Assembly (NCBI GenBank): GCA_963749155.1
Contig: CAVVLO010000003.1
Span: 32,001-96,000, forward strand
Length of the DNA stretch: 64,000 bases
Reading direction: 5' to 3'
From: an uncultured Armatimonadia bacterium
Lineage (GTDB): Bacteria > Armatimonadota > Zipacnadia > CAVVLO01
Shown here: positions 41,401 to 52,797 of the stretch, one piece after another
How positions within the stretch are numbered: the first letter of the stretch is position 1
Layout of the letters: each line of letters starts with the position of its first letter
Notes under the pieces: generated by a model
Databases searched by the model: none
The model's input: only the letters and a program-made list of their open reading frames with translations
What the model was told of the DNA's origin: nothing
Made by a program: the position numbers and the translations under genes

Positions 41401-42845
41401 GGTGAACGGGGATTCGCGATGGTTGGCAGCACCTCTTCAAAACGGGAAGAGGCGTTGATAAAGAACCGCTCGAAGCAGTCGTTCCTTGTCCCATCAGTTT
41501 TGGGAAGATAGATTGCTGCGCCGTTGTAGCAGGCAGCTCCCTCGGAAGTAATCTGATTGCGCGCCTCGAGGCGAGAGGCATTGCTGCGGTAGTAATCCGG
41601 GAAGCCAGCTAGAAAGGCCGGCTCTTCCGCAGAACCTGTTACCAAAACGGCTGGCCGGTTGCCTCCATAGGTCAGGAAGGGCATCGTCACAAGTCTGGGT
41701 TCGTCCAGTCCCTCGCCCTGGGCATCGCCAAACCTCACCTCGGCGACCTGGCCGCCGGGGGCGAGAGTATCGATCACCAGCGACTTGCCCCAAACACGAA
41801 AGACATATTCAACGGAAACTTCTTTGTCTTCGGCAAAAAGGCGCCACCTGGCTCGCACCGTATCGCCTTCCAGCTCACAACTGCGCAACTCGGCGCGTTC
41901 GGGAAGCAAAGGGGCTCCAGCCTCTGAAAGAAGACATACGCCCCCTCCGGCAAGAGGGCTGAAAGGCGCGCTCTCGCCTGATTGAAGGGTAATATCTGAC
42001 CAGTTACCCAGCCTGGGCGTGTAAGTCCAGACAAGGGTTTCATCGCTAAGAGAAGTCCAGGTGTAGGTACCTGCAGCCTCTGAAAGTGAAACGGTAGCTG
42101 GCCCCCTGGAAAGAGAGGGCAGAAGGGTCTCTTCTCTTGTTGGGAAGGGCAGTTTGCCAGGCCCTGTGTTGGTGCCAGTCGTCTGACCAGGGAAAGGTGT
42201 CAGATTGCGAAGAGGGCGAGGCTCAAAAACAAGTGGCGGCAGGGGTTCTTTGTAGAAGGCCAGATTGGCAAGATAGATGACTCGGTCGGCTTTGTTGGTT
42301 CCGTAGACAATCTCAAGGGCCTCTAAATGGGGATTAGGTCCGGCGGCCAGTCGCTGAGCTGCTGTCAGGCGCGAATGCATCACCCACCATTCCTGCCATC
42401 TCACATTGCTCATTGAGAGGCGGACTTTTTCCCCTCCTGGCGAGGCGATGACCAAACGAATCTCTACCTGGGGAGTGGTTGGATCAACAATCCAGCCCCA
42501 GTTATTGCCATAGACCCAAAAATTGGCTGAATCGAAGGGAAGTGGAATCTCGATTGGCGCTGGCGGCACAAGCCTGACCACTGGCGTGCCAGTGCCGTCG
42601 CGGCGATAAGTCAGTTTGGCGACCCGGTCGGCAAAGATCAGCTGTTCGCTTGTGCTTTCAAGGGCAGCAACTGCCGATTCGGTCTCGACGGTCCATCCAG
42701 TGGTATCGGTAAAGTCCACAAGAGGAAGATGATTATCCTGCGTGCGACCAGCCCAAACGAGTTCGTAGGGACGTTGCCCCTGAGGCAGAGCGAGCCACGC
42801 GAGCAGCAGCACCAGTAGCACTACCAAGGCATGAACAACGTTCAT
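38430..42845 (-). CDS. Large (~1470 aa) secreted multidomain hypothetical protein with a probable glycoside-hydrolase-like TIM barrel
   Basis: SD GGAGG plus ATG 42845, signal peptide; central YNNYTD, AYCDVHT, GPVYSEG segment; C-terminal beta-sandwich-like domains. Confidence 0.7.
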   Translation of the reverse strand: MNVVHALVVLLVLLLAWLALPQGQRPYELVWAGRTQDNHLPLVDFTDTTGWTVETESAVAALESTSEQLIFADRVAKLTYRRDGTGTPVVRLVPPAPIEIPLPFDSANFWVYGNNWGWIVDPTTPQVEIRLVIASPGGEKVRLSMSNVRWQEWWVMHSRLTAAQRLAAGPNPHLEALEIVYGTNKADRVIYLANLAFYKEPLPPLVFEPRPLRNLTPFPGQTTGTNTGPGKLPFPTREETLLPSLSRGPATVSLSEAAGTYTWTSLSDETLVWTYTPRLGNWSDITLQSGESAPFSPLAGGGVCLLSEAGAPLLPERAELRSCELEGDTVRARWRLFAEDKEVSVEYVFRVWGKSLVIDTLAPGGQVAEVRFGDAQGEGLDEPRLVTMPFLTYGGNRPAVLVTGSAEEPAFLAGFPDYYRSNASRLEARNQITSEGAACYNGAAIYLPKTDGTRNDCFERFFINASSRFEEVLPTIANPRSPWFDVTSERVWIAHGAWDRKGDYAHWQRYSRLGMTEILITDHETGWRDGGESFTLRTKAAPGRGGDESQAWYSKAIQDLGFRYGIYNNYTDFSPVNEYWDEDFVSRLSDGQWRPAWPRCYHLKPSRAVELEAKIAPIIQEKFNLSTAYCDVHTAVHPWDYTDFDARVPGAAAFTSTIYSYGEIMLHQKATWNGPVYSEGRAHWYYVGLTDGNYGQDPEYRIPQNPWLVDFDLRKMHPLCVGFGMGNPGMFYPMDEGLGSGPERVTRLDRFLAATVAFGHPGFFEQGAGLDGTARAYFLIQQLATEYADELVATIEYADAEGRMLDTSHAVASGAYTRNQIRNTYANGCVTVVNGNEKEDWAVELPSVVMAALGLKGNKVVLPPNGWAGYLLDGDKVLQLAASLNLDGHRFDYALSPAYTYMDGRGSFTRLPEAAAEGSFAAIKREDGSLEVFPYVNEKPVSVAFSGQSASAVALDFAENELGPAQVQFCRGQVLLSPVEGATSYLLTPKSPPAITLQSERTEVVPGETVLIKGAESHEYTIPSNTPPNTRLVVELEGAAIDFWVKSMVDAALRLPSFGEREAADAVMVLTLRSALAAPAQVKVDLAGQVKQVELIPGQTVQLPFAWREPANETLEEIPLTVSSATSTYQRSWWLLAELGRVQVAEVPTTYDVGECLREGQERPPAAATGAWAASKRMSCGGVERMGIFMHPPWMTGPGYSYALLAPVKLPADVPATFSCVVGKMDGSDRGDGILFKLAIVDESGHSEIVASQLVEEHLWLPLEADLSAWAGQQVRFKLISDVGEQDNSSGDWACWAEFTLESAEELMDVGLYDSPRQLKHSPGPYELQDVTLADLHNAVSGWVQYEAAGLQAEQPYVSELVINGINLGTMPSGTGGEAEMTWGEPVRLPLTKEAIQALTPATTVQVENLGADYFRIRGFCVVVELADGRLFSSTFHTNAYTQPSDWPYAVGTGVPHGTPIIADVRFKLAP

Positions 42846-42894
42846 CTTGCAGCCTCCCTTAAAGCCATTTGGGCGCCTTTCCCTTCCTCTCAAA

Positions 42895-44031
42895 CTAGAG
42901 GGCCTCCAGAAGCGTGCGTAAGGCTTTCGGCATCGCGCCTGCGTAAGCGTCGGTATCTGTGAGTTCGATGATGAACTGGCCATCAGGATTTAGACTTTCT
43001 TCCCATCGGTCTTTACCGCTGGCTTTGAGTTCAGCAGACCGGATGGGCACAAAGTCATAGGTCGCTTCCTCTTGGGCAGTTTCATCCAGTGCGGCAAGCT
43101 TTCCCTCGTGAGTTACTGTGAGGCCTGCCAGGTGTAGAAAACCTGCTGTGCACCACATGTTGCGATATTTCTGGCTTTGCAATCCAAGTGCCTCAGGGGC
43201 TGGGCCTGATTGCAAATGAGAAAGCCAGTTCTGGTTTGTGTTGCGGGTAAGCCCATAAAGGAAATAACTCTGCACAGGCTTTGAAAGGTAGGGCAGAAGG
43301 TCGCCCTGATTTAGCAGCCAAAAGCCGCTGTAGCGGGAAATCTTGAAGCTGGATGGATCTTCGAAGCAAGGCAGCCAGTAGATTGGGCATGGCAGCTTCC
43401 AGAGGGCAAGATAGGCTTCGGGATCGAGCGATCTGTTCCACTCGGATTGGTTCGGTCGATTCTCATCTTGGCGAACGGTGTCCGCATTGAGATAGACGCC
43501 GCGGCACTTGGTCTGAAAGAGCTCGGGAGCCTTCCAGGCGGCGAGGGCGAGGGTCCGGCAGGAGCCGACAACGACAACGGCAACCGGTTCGGGCGAACTA
43601 CGCAGTTTTTCGATTATCAGGTTTACCCCACCGGCATCGGGCCCAGCCATTTGCACATCACCAGTTGCGATCGACTGGTAAGGCACGCTGGAACCTACAG
43701 CCACGGGCACAGCAAGCCCTGTTACGTAGTTCAACTGGGCAACGGCTGTCACAGAGGGATCACCTGCTCCCCACATTACAAAGCCGTATGAATCCGGTTC
43801 AAGAGGGTAATCCAGGACGATACCAAGCAGCTCGATGCGTCCAAGCTTTGCTAACGCATAAGCGGTCGCCAGATCCCAATAATCATCGGGATCGCAATAA
43901 GGCTGGTAGATGTCCCCCAGATATAGCACGGGGGTTGGGACTGGAGCGGCGGGCTGGGCAAGCGCCAATCCAGCGGTGCCGGCGAAAAGAAACAGCAGAC
44001 ATATAATGGCAAGTTTGGTCCTGAGGTGCAT
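42895..44031 (-). CDS. Secreted nucleoside-hydrolase-fold protein (IU-NH-like)
   Basis: DIYQPYCDPDD, ELLGIVLD, GSCRTLA, EWNRSLDP motifs; signal peptide. Confidence 0.7.
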   Translation of the reverse strand: MHLRTKLAIICLLFLFAGTAGLALAQPAAPVPTPVLYLGDIYQPYCDPDDYWDLATAYALAKLGRIELLGIVLDYPLEPDSYGFVMWGAGDPSVTAVAQLNYVTGLAVPVAVGSSVPYQSIATGDVQMAGPDAGGVNLIIEKLRSSPEPVAVVVVGSCRTLALAAWKAPELFQTKCRGVYLNADTVRQDENRPNQSEWNRSLDPEAYLALWKLPCPIYWLPCFEDPSSFKISRYSGFWLLNQGDLLPYLSKPVQSYFLYGLTRNTNQNWLSHLQSGPAPEALGLQSQKYRNMWCTAGFLHLAGLTVTHEGKLAALDETAQEEATYDFVPIRSAELKASGKDRWEESLNPDGQFIIELTDTDAYAGAMPKALRTLLEAL

Positions 44032-44153
44032 GCAAACCTCCCTCATCAACTGCTGGGCTTACTTTCTGCCTGCTTGTTTGTGTCCCTGCAAGAGGTATTG
44101 GCAAACAGGTCGGCTAACTTAAGGCCTGGCGATGAGATTTTGGAGGATTTTTT

Positions 44154-46414
44154 ATGAGGGTCTTTCTAACACTGGTTGTTATCCTTCTGTTGGCGTCGGC
44201 CAGCTGGGCTGGGCCAACAGTGACGTTCTTCTCGTTGCAAGGGCTTTCGTATGAGGAAGAGCTTTTCGCGCTTGCGCTGGAAGGCTGGGTAAATCGTTCT
44301 GGTCCCAGACTGTATCTGGAAACCTCAACAATCAATTGGCCTGGCCGCGACGCGGATGACCTCTGGAAGGCCTGGTATGAGGAACGCAAAGGTTTCCTTT
44401 TTGAAAGAGTAGACTCCCTTCCACAACTTGCCGGATTGTTTTTGGAAGATATCGAGTCTCTTGCTGTCTATGATGACAGTTTGGATGCTCTGAAATACCT
44501 GGCGTTCAATGAAGCTGCGGAAGGCGCTCTGCCTGTCAGGGTCGATTTGCTGGAGACTTCACTGGCTTCGCTCAAAGCAATCGCCATAAAGAGTGACTTC
44601 AGAGGGCGTTTTGCCTCTGAGCAAGAGGCGTGGGAATGGGCCATCGTGCATCAGCTTCCAAAGCGAGAACAACGAGAGGTCTACAGCGTGGGACGCAGTT
44701 ATCCTGGGCTTCAGATTGGTGGAGATCCTTCAGTACAGCTCTGCCTCGACTGGGCGGTAAAACACAATCTGTTTCGTCTTCAACCTGCCTTTTGACACCA
44801 AACCCTTTGCTCCTGGCAGTAATACGCTTCCGGAAGGCGATTATGCCTCACTTGTCGCCCTTACTGATCGCATACTGGAGGGCCTCGAGAAACCCGCTGC
44901 TGTCTGGGGCTGGGCCGAACCAGAGCACATCTTCGCGCGAAAGTGTTCTTCGCACGATTGCTACATCCTCTGTGGCGCCGGCCCGAACCTCTCCTTCCAT
45001 GAGCAAGTGCCTCTGGATGGCCCTCTGCCCTCTTTGCCGAAGACTGTAAAACCCCCTCTTGAGCCGAAAATATATGTGACCTTTCTGACAAACGAAGGGG
45101 ACACGCCAAAGGCACTTGTCAGTGAATATAGATGTGCCTGGCGCGATGCTGCGCGAGGTTCGGTGCCTATTACCTGGTTGATGAATCCACTACTGCTCGA
45201 ACGCTTCCCCGCGCTTTGGGAATATTATCTGACCCAGCGCAAAGGCGACGACATATTCACAGTGGCGTGCTCTGGGGCGGGGTATGCCATCCTCTCTTCC
45301 CTCCCCCATCCGGCCCTCTACGAGGCCCATACAAAAACCTATCTGGAGAAGACAGGCCTCGAATACGTGGATGTTTGGACTGATGGCTACGATCCGGATG
45401 GTTGGAAACGTTTCCAGGAAGGCTGCGGTGCGAAAGGCCTTTCTGTTCAATCCTGGATGCCTGATGAATTGCAGGCTTTCCCAGATGGCACCGTGCTCAC
45501 CGGGACAGCGCCTGGACTCATCTACTGGCGCGTCCCAGAAGGGCGTGACCCTGCCGAATGGCTGGCCGAGCAGCTCCGAGATCGCGCTTCCAAAAGAGGC
45601 CGACCAGCCTTTATACAGGTCTACTGCGGGACCTCGGCAACTGTCTTCCGGAAGACAATGGATTTGCTTGGTTCAGAATATGTAGCCTTGCCTTATAGCG
45701 CATATAGCGAGATTGGCAAGCGAATTCTGCAAGCTGCAGACTCCCAGTGATCGGCTCTGGGCTGGGCCTGGCGAGATGCGCAACTTCGAATTGGTGGCCC
45801 GTAATTATGGTGAAGTCGCATTAAGCGCGTCTGTGACCATCGAGCCCCCTTCCGGATGGGTAATACAGCCTTCTTCCTGTTCTCTGGAACTTGGCTCCAA
45901 AGAGGAAAAAACCTTGCTTTTCTCTGCTCTGGTAGGCGGGGAAGCAACACCTGGCAACTATGAGATAAAGGTCACATCTGATTTCGCAGGCACTCGTTCG
46001 CTGATTGCGACTATCTTCTCAAAGCTTCAGCCAATGTCTTTAGCTGCTTCTGACTGGTTGCCCTGGCCTGGGGTGCCAGCCCTGGCCAGGCAGGAAGACA
46101 AAGCCTTGGTAATAAGCAATGCGCCAGGCAAGCCTTATTCTGCAGTGGAACTGCCCTTCGAAGTTGACTTCTCTTCGAAGGCCCAGTTGTTGCTGGAGGC
46201 CTCCAGGTTAAAGGGCGCCTGGGCAGTAAAGATACGGGCGGAAGAGGGGATGGAAGACTGGGTCGTCATCAAGGATACAAACCGCGCCGGCACTCAGGTC
46301 GTGCCTCTTAACGTCCCAGGCTGGGAGGGCGTCAGGAAGGCGCGCCTCCTGGTCTTCTCCCTTGGAGAAGGCGGCGAGGTAGTTCTCTCTCGTGCCGCAC
46401 TGGTCTGGGAGTAA
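44154..46414 (+). CDS. GxGYxYP-family putative glycoside hydrolase with NEW3-like C-terminal domain; frameshifts near 44773 and 45725
   Basis: LEGWVNRSGPRLY, PNLSFH, YVTFLTNEGD, RGSVPITW, SGAGY; C-terminal PSGW..QP...L; three frames join. Confidence 0.75.
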
Positions 46415-46457
46415 ATACACCAAAATTGTTTGTAAATTCTTTCTAGCTACGAAATCA

Positions 46458-46493
46458 AAGGACTGCTTCCACCTGCTAACAGAAGCAGTCCTT
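46458..46493. terminator. Hairpin between convergent genes
   Basis: AAGGACTGCTTC-N12-GAAGCAGTCCTT. Confidence 0.65.
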
Positions 46494-46506
46494 AATCACC
46501 ACAATT

Positions 46507-49495
46507 CTAGCTTCTGTTGATTATCTCGCGCTTCACGCGCGCAAGCAGGTCATCGAGCGAGCCTTCCATCAGATACAGCTTCCCCCTAACGACCGCGGCT
46601 CTGCCCTGGGGCGTCTCAGGCCAAAGCGGATCCGCATGCACGCAAGGGATGAGCGCATTGGAGAGGAGGGAGGCTGCGTTCTGCCAGGCGATTCCGAAGA
46701 CATATTTGCCATCTTCGGAGACCACAGCGACTACTGGCGCATCAGCCAGATCGCTGCTGGCGCCCCAGTCGCCGGCCTGCTGGACTGGCGGGCCACCCTC
46801 GAGGGCATAATGGCAAAGCTCCCATCGCCCCTTGCCTCGGTCTGTGTCAGCCATTTTGACCCATTTACCGCCCGTGTGGAGGTAGGTGCGCTCCAGTTCC
46901 TGGTCACCGAAAAGGGTCCCTGTAAGCACAGGGCAGACCTGTGAGTGAACAGGCAGAGTCCCGCCCGCACCGTGATTCTGGCACCACAGCATCAGGTCGC
47001 AATCGTCCTCATTGGGGGACACCCGCCCTCCAAGCACGCGGTCGGCCTCGCTCCACTCGAACCAGAAGCCACCTCCTGGATCGGGATTCCAGACTTTAGA
47101 CCAGTCTTTTGATTGGGCCGGGACATCACTCCCAGCGGGATTGTGATCCATAAAGTGCAGTTTGTCCGTGGCGAAGCTCTCCGGGTATCTCAGGTCAATT
47201 GGCGCGTCCATCCAGGGGGCCTTCACCAGCAGAGAATGCCATTGGCCTGTGCCCTTGTCGGGGCCAACGGCAAGCTGGATACGCGCTGGCTCTTCCTCTG
47301 GAATACCCGCAGTGACACGGACGGTCTGGGGTTCCGCGTTGCTGTCGAGCAGGAAGATGGCCGCGAAAGTGCCATCCGGCTCACTGCGCACCTGCACGCC
47401 ATCAAGCGCATCGGACCGATTCAGGCGGACGGGTGTCCAGCCTGCAGATTCCTTGCGGAAAAGCCGCGGCCAACGATAATCTGTAAGGCCGGTAACGATT
47501 ATAGGCAAGCAACTACGACCGCCTGCCAGCGTGAATTCGGCTTCATTCGCTTCGGCCCGCACTGTGGTCGGGAAGTCAGAAAGAGCCACTCCCACTGCGA
47601 CTTCGAGCAGCCGCGGCCCCTCGGAGCCAAACACGCGCGCCTCGCGCTCTGCAGGCGCGGCGCTGTCATAGGGCGCATAACAGGTCCAGTAGGCTTCGAG
47701 GGTGATGGTGTCGCCTGGCTGCAAGGTCAGCTCATCGGCATCTACCGAGAGGAAGAGTCGCGTGTCGCCAGAGGTCTCGCACCAGATGCCCGCTGCTGGA
47801 GCGAGGTTCCGCCCACCGATATTGGTTTCGAACTTGCGCAAGATGATGGCGTTGGAGCCACGATCATCATCAAACATCGTTATATAGGAGTTCTCGCTGG
47901 GCAACGGCGCGCCAGCAACTGCGTAATGGTTCTTCTCGAAAGTGAGTGCGGTCGGCGCTGTCCCTGTGCAGGCAAAAGTTTTGTAACGAAGTCTTTGCAC
48001 CCAGGTTGCAATCTGTAACAGGCGGAACTCGGTCCTGGCAGATTGCAGGCTGATCGGCTGGTTTACGGTGCATTTGACCCGGACGAAATTGCGCAGCTCA
48101 TCAGCACTGGGCAATTCCCAGGTTTCGACCTCGGTGAGCACCTTCTCATCACTGGTCAGATAGTCGAAGCCGATGTCCATCCAGTTGGGGCCGGTACTGT
48201 GATAGAGCGCGCGCTGGAATTCGCTGAAGGCCCAGTTGTTGTTCTCGGCATAGGAGAGGAACATATGCCCTGCGACATTGTCATGCTGAGGCTGGCCTGA
48301 CCAGAAAGTCGGCTGGCTCATCGCGCGATAATCGGCAATCGAGACACCCGGAAGCCCTCCAAACTTGAAGGGTACGTAACAAGTTGTTTCCGTAATGCCG
48401 GTGGAACTGTGGTAGTAGTCCATCCAGGCGCCAAGCGAGGAGAAGTGCTTGGTCATATGCCTGCCCCAGTTTTGGTGCAGGTGCAGGCTGCTCAAGGTGA
48501 CCTCTTCACCAGGCTCGAGGTAGAGCGGGAAGATAGTTTCATCGAACTGAGTGTCATTAGGATTATAAAACTTCTCTTCTTTTTCGCCCGCGAAGTTCTT
48601 CGAGATCTGCACCACAAGAGGCATCGGATGGCCTTCCGAGTCCAGCACCGTGCCTCCTTCAACCACGCCCGTGCCCTCGTGGCAGATATAGACTTTCCGC
48701 GGCCGGAAGTCGTTCCGGACGCTGAACCTGACCGGCTCGATAGTCCTGCGGTATCTGGTAGAAATGGCGCTGGAAGCCTCCCCCGCCCTCTGTCCGCGAG
48801 GTGATCAGATAGCAACCCCGCACCTCATCGTAGCGCAAGGCTTGATGGGCCGAGAGGGTGATCAGGCGGTCGGCGGGCAGTGGAGGTTGCTCTCCGAAAA
48901 GCGGACCGGCGAAGGTCTGCTTGTCTCCGGTCTTGAAAGGCTGGCAGGGCCAGGTCTGCTGGACAAGTCCCTCGAGGCCTGCGCTTGCGGCATCGAAATC
49001 GCCCACGGCATGCCAGGTGACAGAGACGAGGAGTTTTTCCGGATAGCAATAGAGCGCCACATCGGCTTTGAGCGGAGCCGCGTTACCGGCTTCATCGGCC
49101 GGTTGCAGGTCGAACCAGTGGACCTCCGAGTAGTAGGGCCCGCGGCGATAGAGATTGATCCGGCTGTTGCCGGTAAAGTTGGTGGTGGACCAGACCTTCC
49201 CCGCTGCATCGGTAAGGGTGAAAGCCAGCCACTCGCGGCCTGAATCGGCTTCTACGAGGCGATGTGGGGCGCGCAGTTCACCGATTACGTCATAGTCGGC
49301 GGCGATGACCTCGAAAGCGGTGCGCGAGGCATCGGTATAGCGCACTTCGAGTTCGGGACGCACTGGATAGGGCTGGAACTGGAAATCTGTCTGCCAATTG
49401 GACATCGCTAGATCACCTGGCTGGGCGTTAACGCAGGGAATGAAGAGCATACTGAGAGCGGCGCAAAGCACCGCCAAGAGGGCTTTTGAGCTCAT
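46507..49495 (-). CDS. Secreted hypothetical protein (~995 aa); frameshift near 48741
   Basis: SD GGAGG plus ATG 49495, signal peptide; a one-base shift joins ...QIPQDY to EPVRFSVRNDFRPRKVYICHEGTGVVEGG of ORF 46507..48666. Confidence 0.75.
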
Positions 49496-49623
49496 TTGTA
49501 ACCTCCAAATACTGGTTGCAGCTAGGAGGTTCGGGCTGGTGGTGGAGTTCCCTGCTTTGGAGAGTGGCTTGCAAGTCCGGGGCGCGCAGTTGAGCACCTT
49601 TTCTGCCAATCCGGGACCTTTTC

Positions 49624-49729
49624 AAAAACCCCAAAATCCCATCCCAAACCCCCTCCCACCCGGGGCTTCTAGCAGTGCAATATGCGTGCCAGTTGCAGTG
49701 TTGGTAACGCGTTGTGGCGAAAGATTTAC
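49624..49729 (-). repeat. Copy C of the sigma54-like box / G-tract intergenic element
   Basis: Minus strand reads GTAAATCTTTCGC...CTGGCACGCATATTGCA-CTGCTAG-AAGCCCCGGGTGGGAGGGGGTTTGGGATGGG; the 31-nt core (49638..49668) is identical to copy A; consensus -24/-12 box at 49676..49691. Confidence 0.9.
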
Positions 49730-49803
49730 AGAAACATTTTGTGTCGGCCCCTCAGCCTGGCGTTACCTGTATCGCTGCCCGTCGTTTTCAGAATCAGCCG
49801 CGC

Positions 49804-49834
49804 AAAGAGAAGCCCCCGACCGAAGCCGGGGGCT
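49804..49834 (-). terminator. Intrinsic terminator of the DUF1559 gene
   Basis: AGCCCCCG-N8-CGGGGGCT followed by TCTCTTT on the minus strand. Confidence 0.7.
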
Positions 49835-49868
49835 GAGTTGCAACTGTAAGTCTTTGTACAGCGTTGGG

Positions 49869-50546
49869 TTAGTCCCACATGGTCCTGGTATCCCAGCCAG
49901 CAGCCGGGAACATAAACCAGTCAGGCTCGATAACCCAGCCGGGGTGAGCGTTCAGCTTGTGGAACTTGGCATGCCCGTCCATATAGGCCACGTTGATCGA
50001 GACATAGCTTGGCGGCGGGGCCATAATGACGATACCCACCTGATCTCCGTGCCAGTCGAAGCGCTCGTGGAATACGAACTGCTGCGAGGGATAGCCGATG
50101 GTAGCTTCGCTGAGCGGAACTCTGTAGCCGTATACTGCCGCGACGTCGATGCAGTGGCGATAGTAGTAGGAGATCATAACGTTCGGGTCGGTTGAGGTGT
50201 GGGTGCCATCGCTGGGGCAGAAGAAGATCTGCCTGTTCTTCACGTAGGGCATCAGGACGACGGGATAGCCGCTGATGTTGCGCTCCCACGGCCGCATAAT
50301 GCCATCCTCGCTGGGATAGGCTGCATCGTAGTGGCAGCCGGTGATGGCGCCGTTAGGATAAAAGCCATCGTAGTCCTGGACGTACTGCATCAGAGCAAGA
50401 CCCATCTGCTTCAGGTTGCTCAGGCAGCCGGACTGCCTGGCCTTCTCGCGTGCCCGGGCGAAGACCGGGAAAAGGATTGCTGCCAGGATCGCGATAATGG
50501 CGATTACTACGAGCAGCTCGATAAGAGTGAAACCGCGCTTCCTCAT
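49869..50546 (-). CDS. Prepilin-type N-terminal cleavage/methylation protein, DUF1559 family, with H-X9-DG-type C-terminal motif
   Basis: [64 protein letters not shown]. Confidence 0.93.
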   Translation of the reverse strand: MRKRGFTLIELLVVIAIIAILAAILFPVFARAREKARQSGCLSNLKQMGLALMQYVQDYDGFYPNGAITGCHYDAAYPSEDGIMRPWERNISGYPVVLMPYVKNRQIFFCPSDGTHTSTDPNVMISYYYRHCIDVAAVYGYRVPLSEATIGYPSQQFVFHERFDWHGDQVGIVIMAPPPSYVSINVAYMDGHAKFHKLNAHPGWVIEPDWFMFPAAGWDTRTMWD

Positions 50547-50811
50547 TACAAAGTGCCTCCCCTAGTGGAAAAAATCTGGCCGGGCAGCCTGCGATAACGG
50601 GTTGCCTTTAACCTAAAACCATTATACTGGCTGGTTACCCTTCTTGGAAGGGTTAGAAACAGTCGCGCAGGATATTTTTGCGCCTTCCTGAAGCCAGGCA
50701 AACAGTCCGCCCACTTTGACCCCAAAGCTTTACAAAAGTTTCACTGCGCTGTGCGCCTCGGCGGGCGCGTTCGGACTGATTGGCGAGGCGCCAGAGGGGT
50801 ATAAGGCTAGT

Positions 50812-51132
50812 ATGAGGGTGACTGGAGAGGTGGTCGTGGCAGGTTTCGCCTTGCTCGCGCTGGCCGGGCTGTTGGGCCTCAATCTGAGGCCGCGCGCCTG
50901 GCCGCTGTGGGGCGCGCTGGTGCTGGTCGCGCTTGCCGACGCCTGGCTGATCTCGCTGCGGCTTTATCATGCGCCGAATTTTAAGATGGCTTATTCGGCC
51001 CTCTGGCTGGCTTGGGTTTGCTCGGTGAGCTTCACACTGGGCCTGCTGTGGCTCGCTTGGGGCCTGCTGCGCTGGAAGCCCTGGCTCGAACGCTCTCCCT
51101 CCCCCGCCCCGACCCAGGTCTCCGAGTCCTGA
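50812..51132 (+). CDS. Small membrane protein (3 predicted TM helices)
   Basis: Hydrophobic ORF from ATG 50812; upstream GCAGGA-N16-TGAA at 50667..50692. Confidence 0.55.
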   Translation: MRVTGEVVVAGFALLALAGLLGLNLRPRAWPLWGALVLVALADAWLISLRLYHAPNFKMAYSALWLAWVCSVSFTLGLLWLAWGLLRWKPWLERSPSPAPTQVSES

Positions 51133-51219
51133 CCCCTCCCGTAACCTCCTGCCAAGTGATTTTACCTGCCTCCACTTGTGGACAGCAGGAAACCTGTGGA
51201 ATGTGGCGTATTAGGGGGT

Positions 51220-52797
51220 ATGGATTGGATGATGTTGGTCGTGGGGCAAGGGCAGCCCGTTGCCGCTGTGTGCTCTGTTCGTGCTGGGCGCTTGTCATGT
51301 GGTCTATGTGGCGCCTGCTACGACGCGGATACTCGCCGGTTCTCGTTGCGTGCATTGGATTTGTAGCGTTGTTGATTGCCTCGCACTTTTGGATGCCCGA
51401 ATGGCCAACCACCGACAACCTCCGCTATCTCTACTCGAGCTATTGCACAGTCTATGGCAGCACTGCTGGCATTGTCATTTGCCGTGTTGTTCGCGTCGCT
51501 GCAAGGTCGCGGGTACCCGCTATCGGTCACCCGCGTTTCTGCGTCCAATCATGCGGACACAACACTACAGTCGGCGATTGGTTGTCTGTCGTTGGCGATA
51601 GTGCTTGCCGTTGCTGCCAATTCCGTTTCTGCAAGAAGCAGACAGCATGATTACTGCAACATGCCACAGAACACTTGCTGCGTCCGCCGCGCTCCCGTCG
51701 CTGTTCCTGTGCGCATGGGCCGTGATCCGTGCGTTGGAGGTGCCGCCCGAGCGGCTTTCCTGATGATACCTGCGAACCTTGTTGCAGAGCATCGAGCCGT
51801 GATTCTGCGATATCTGAAAGCCCTCGCGAAGTTTCCGCCTTCTGCACTTCAAGGTCAGACGTGGCTTACGAAGCCATTTCGAGACTATGGACAGGTGCCG
51901 GCGAGTATGCGCAAGCGATTACTAGCGCAGGCAGCCGTGGCACTGCTCTGACTGAGTGCTACCATGACCTAATGGTCGAAAGCCGAGGTCGGTGGCCAGG
52001 CTACGTTTACGTTGTCTACACTGCATGTGATGCCTTCTTTGAGACATGGGGCTTGGACGCAAGCAGGCTGGGCCCAGGTGAATCTGACCGTGCAGCATTA
52101 GTAACCGAAGCTTGGAGACAGTTTGTGATGTTCGAGATATGCTGGGTTGATGGCAAACCCAGCAATCGCCCGTACACGGCCATGCTTGCGGGTTTGCGAC
52201 TCGCCATACCGATTGTGCGCGCCGACCCGGTGCTGGCGCTGAAGAGCTTCCGGGACATCGTGATAACTGCAGAAACGCTGTCTACCAATGAGGAAGCCGT
52301 AGCATATACCCACGCGGGATTGCTGTCGCTGGCGTCGTGCGTTCCAGGCGAAGCATATGACTGGCGTCCCGAGAGTTTCCGTGACATAGCCACGGTACTA
52401 TACAGCGCTTGGCCACTCGACGTTGCCCCCTGGCTTGCCGGTCTCAGTACGATGCTGAAGCCGGCACCGGCGCATAGCGAGGATTTCCGCAAGGCCGAGC
52501 TTTACGCGAAGCTTCAGGCGTTGCCGTCACTTGTGTGCCGGGAAGCCGGCGTGGACCACATAGAGCTGATGTGCTGGCTCTACATCGTGCTATGGGGGGA
52601 TCACCTGCTTGTCGCACCAAACGACGTGCCTTTCATGCTGGCTTCGGACCGGTGAGAGGATGCCCGTGTGGAGGCGAAGGCGCTCGCTGCCTCTACAGAG
52701 GTCTTCAGCCGCATAGCAGATGCAGCAGAGGCCCTGATCCGCGACCGCTCTGAAATGGCGTTGGCATACACGCAAGGTCTCTTACGTTCTTCGTGAG
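51220..52797 (+). CDS. Unrecognised membrane-anchored protein broken into several frames (possible pseudogene)
   Basis: Successive overlapping plus-strand ORFs (51178, 51012, 51376, 51729) each carry a protein-like stretch: TM helices first, then a helical soluble region. No family recognised. Confidence 0.35.

Noticed and set aside
49398..50195. 265-aa plus-strand ORF spanning element copy C
   Set aside because: Crosses a terminator, the repeat and two antisense genes; no coding signature.
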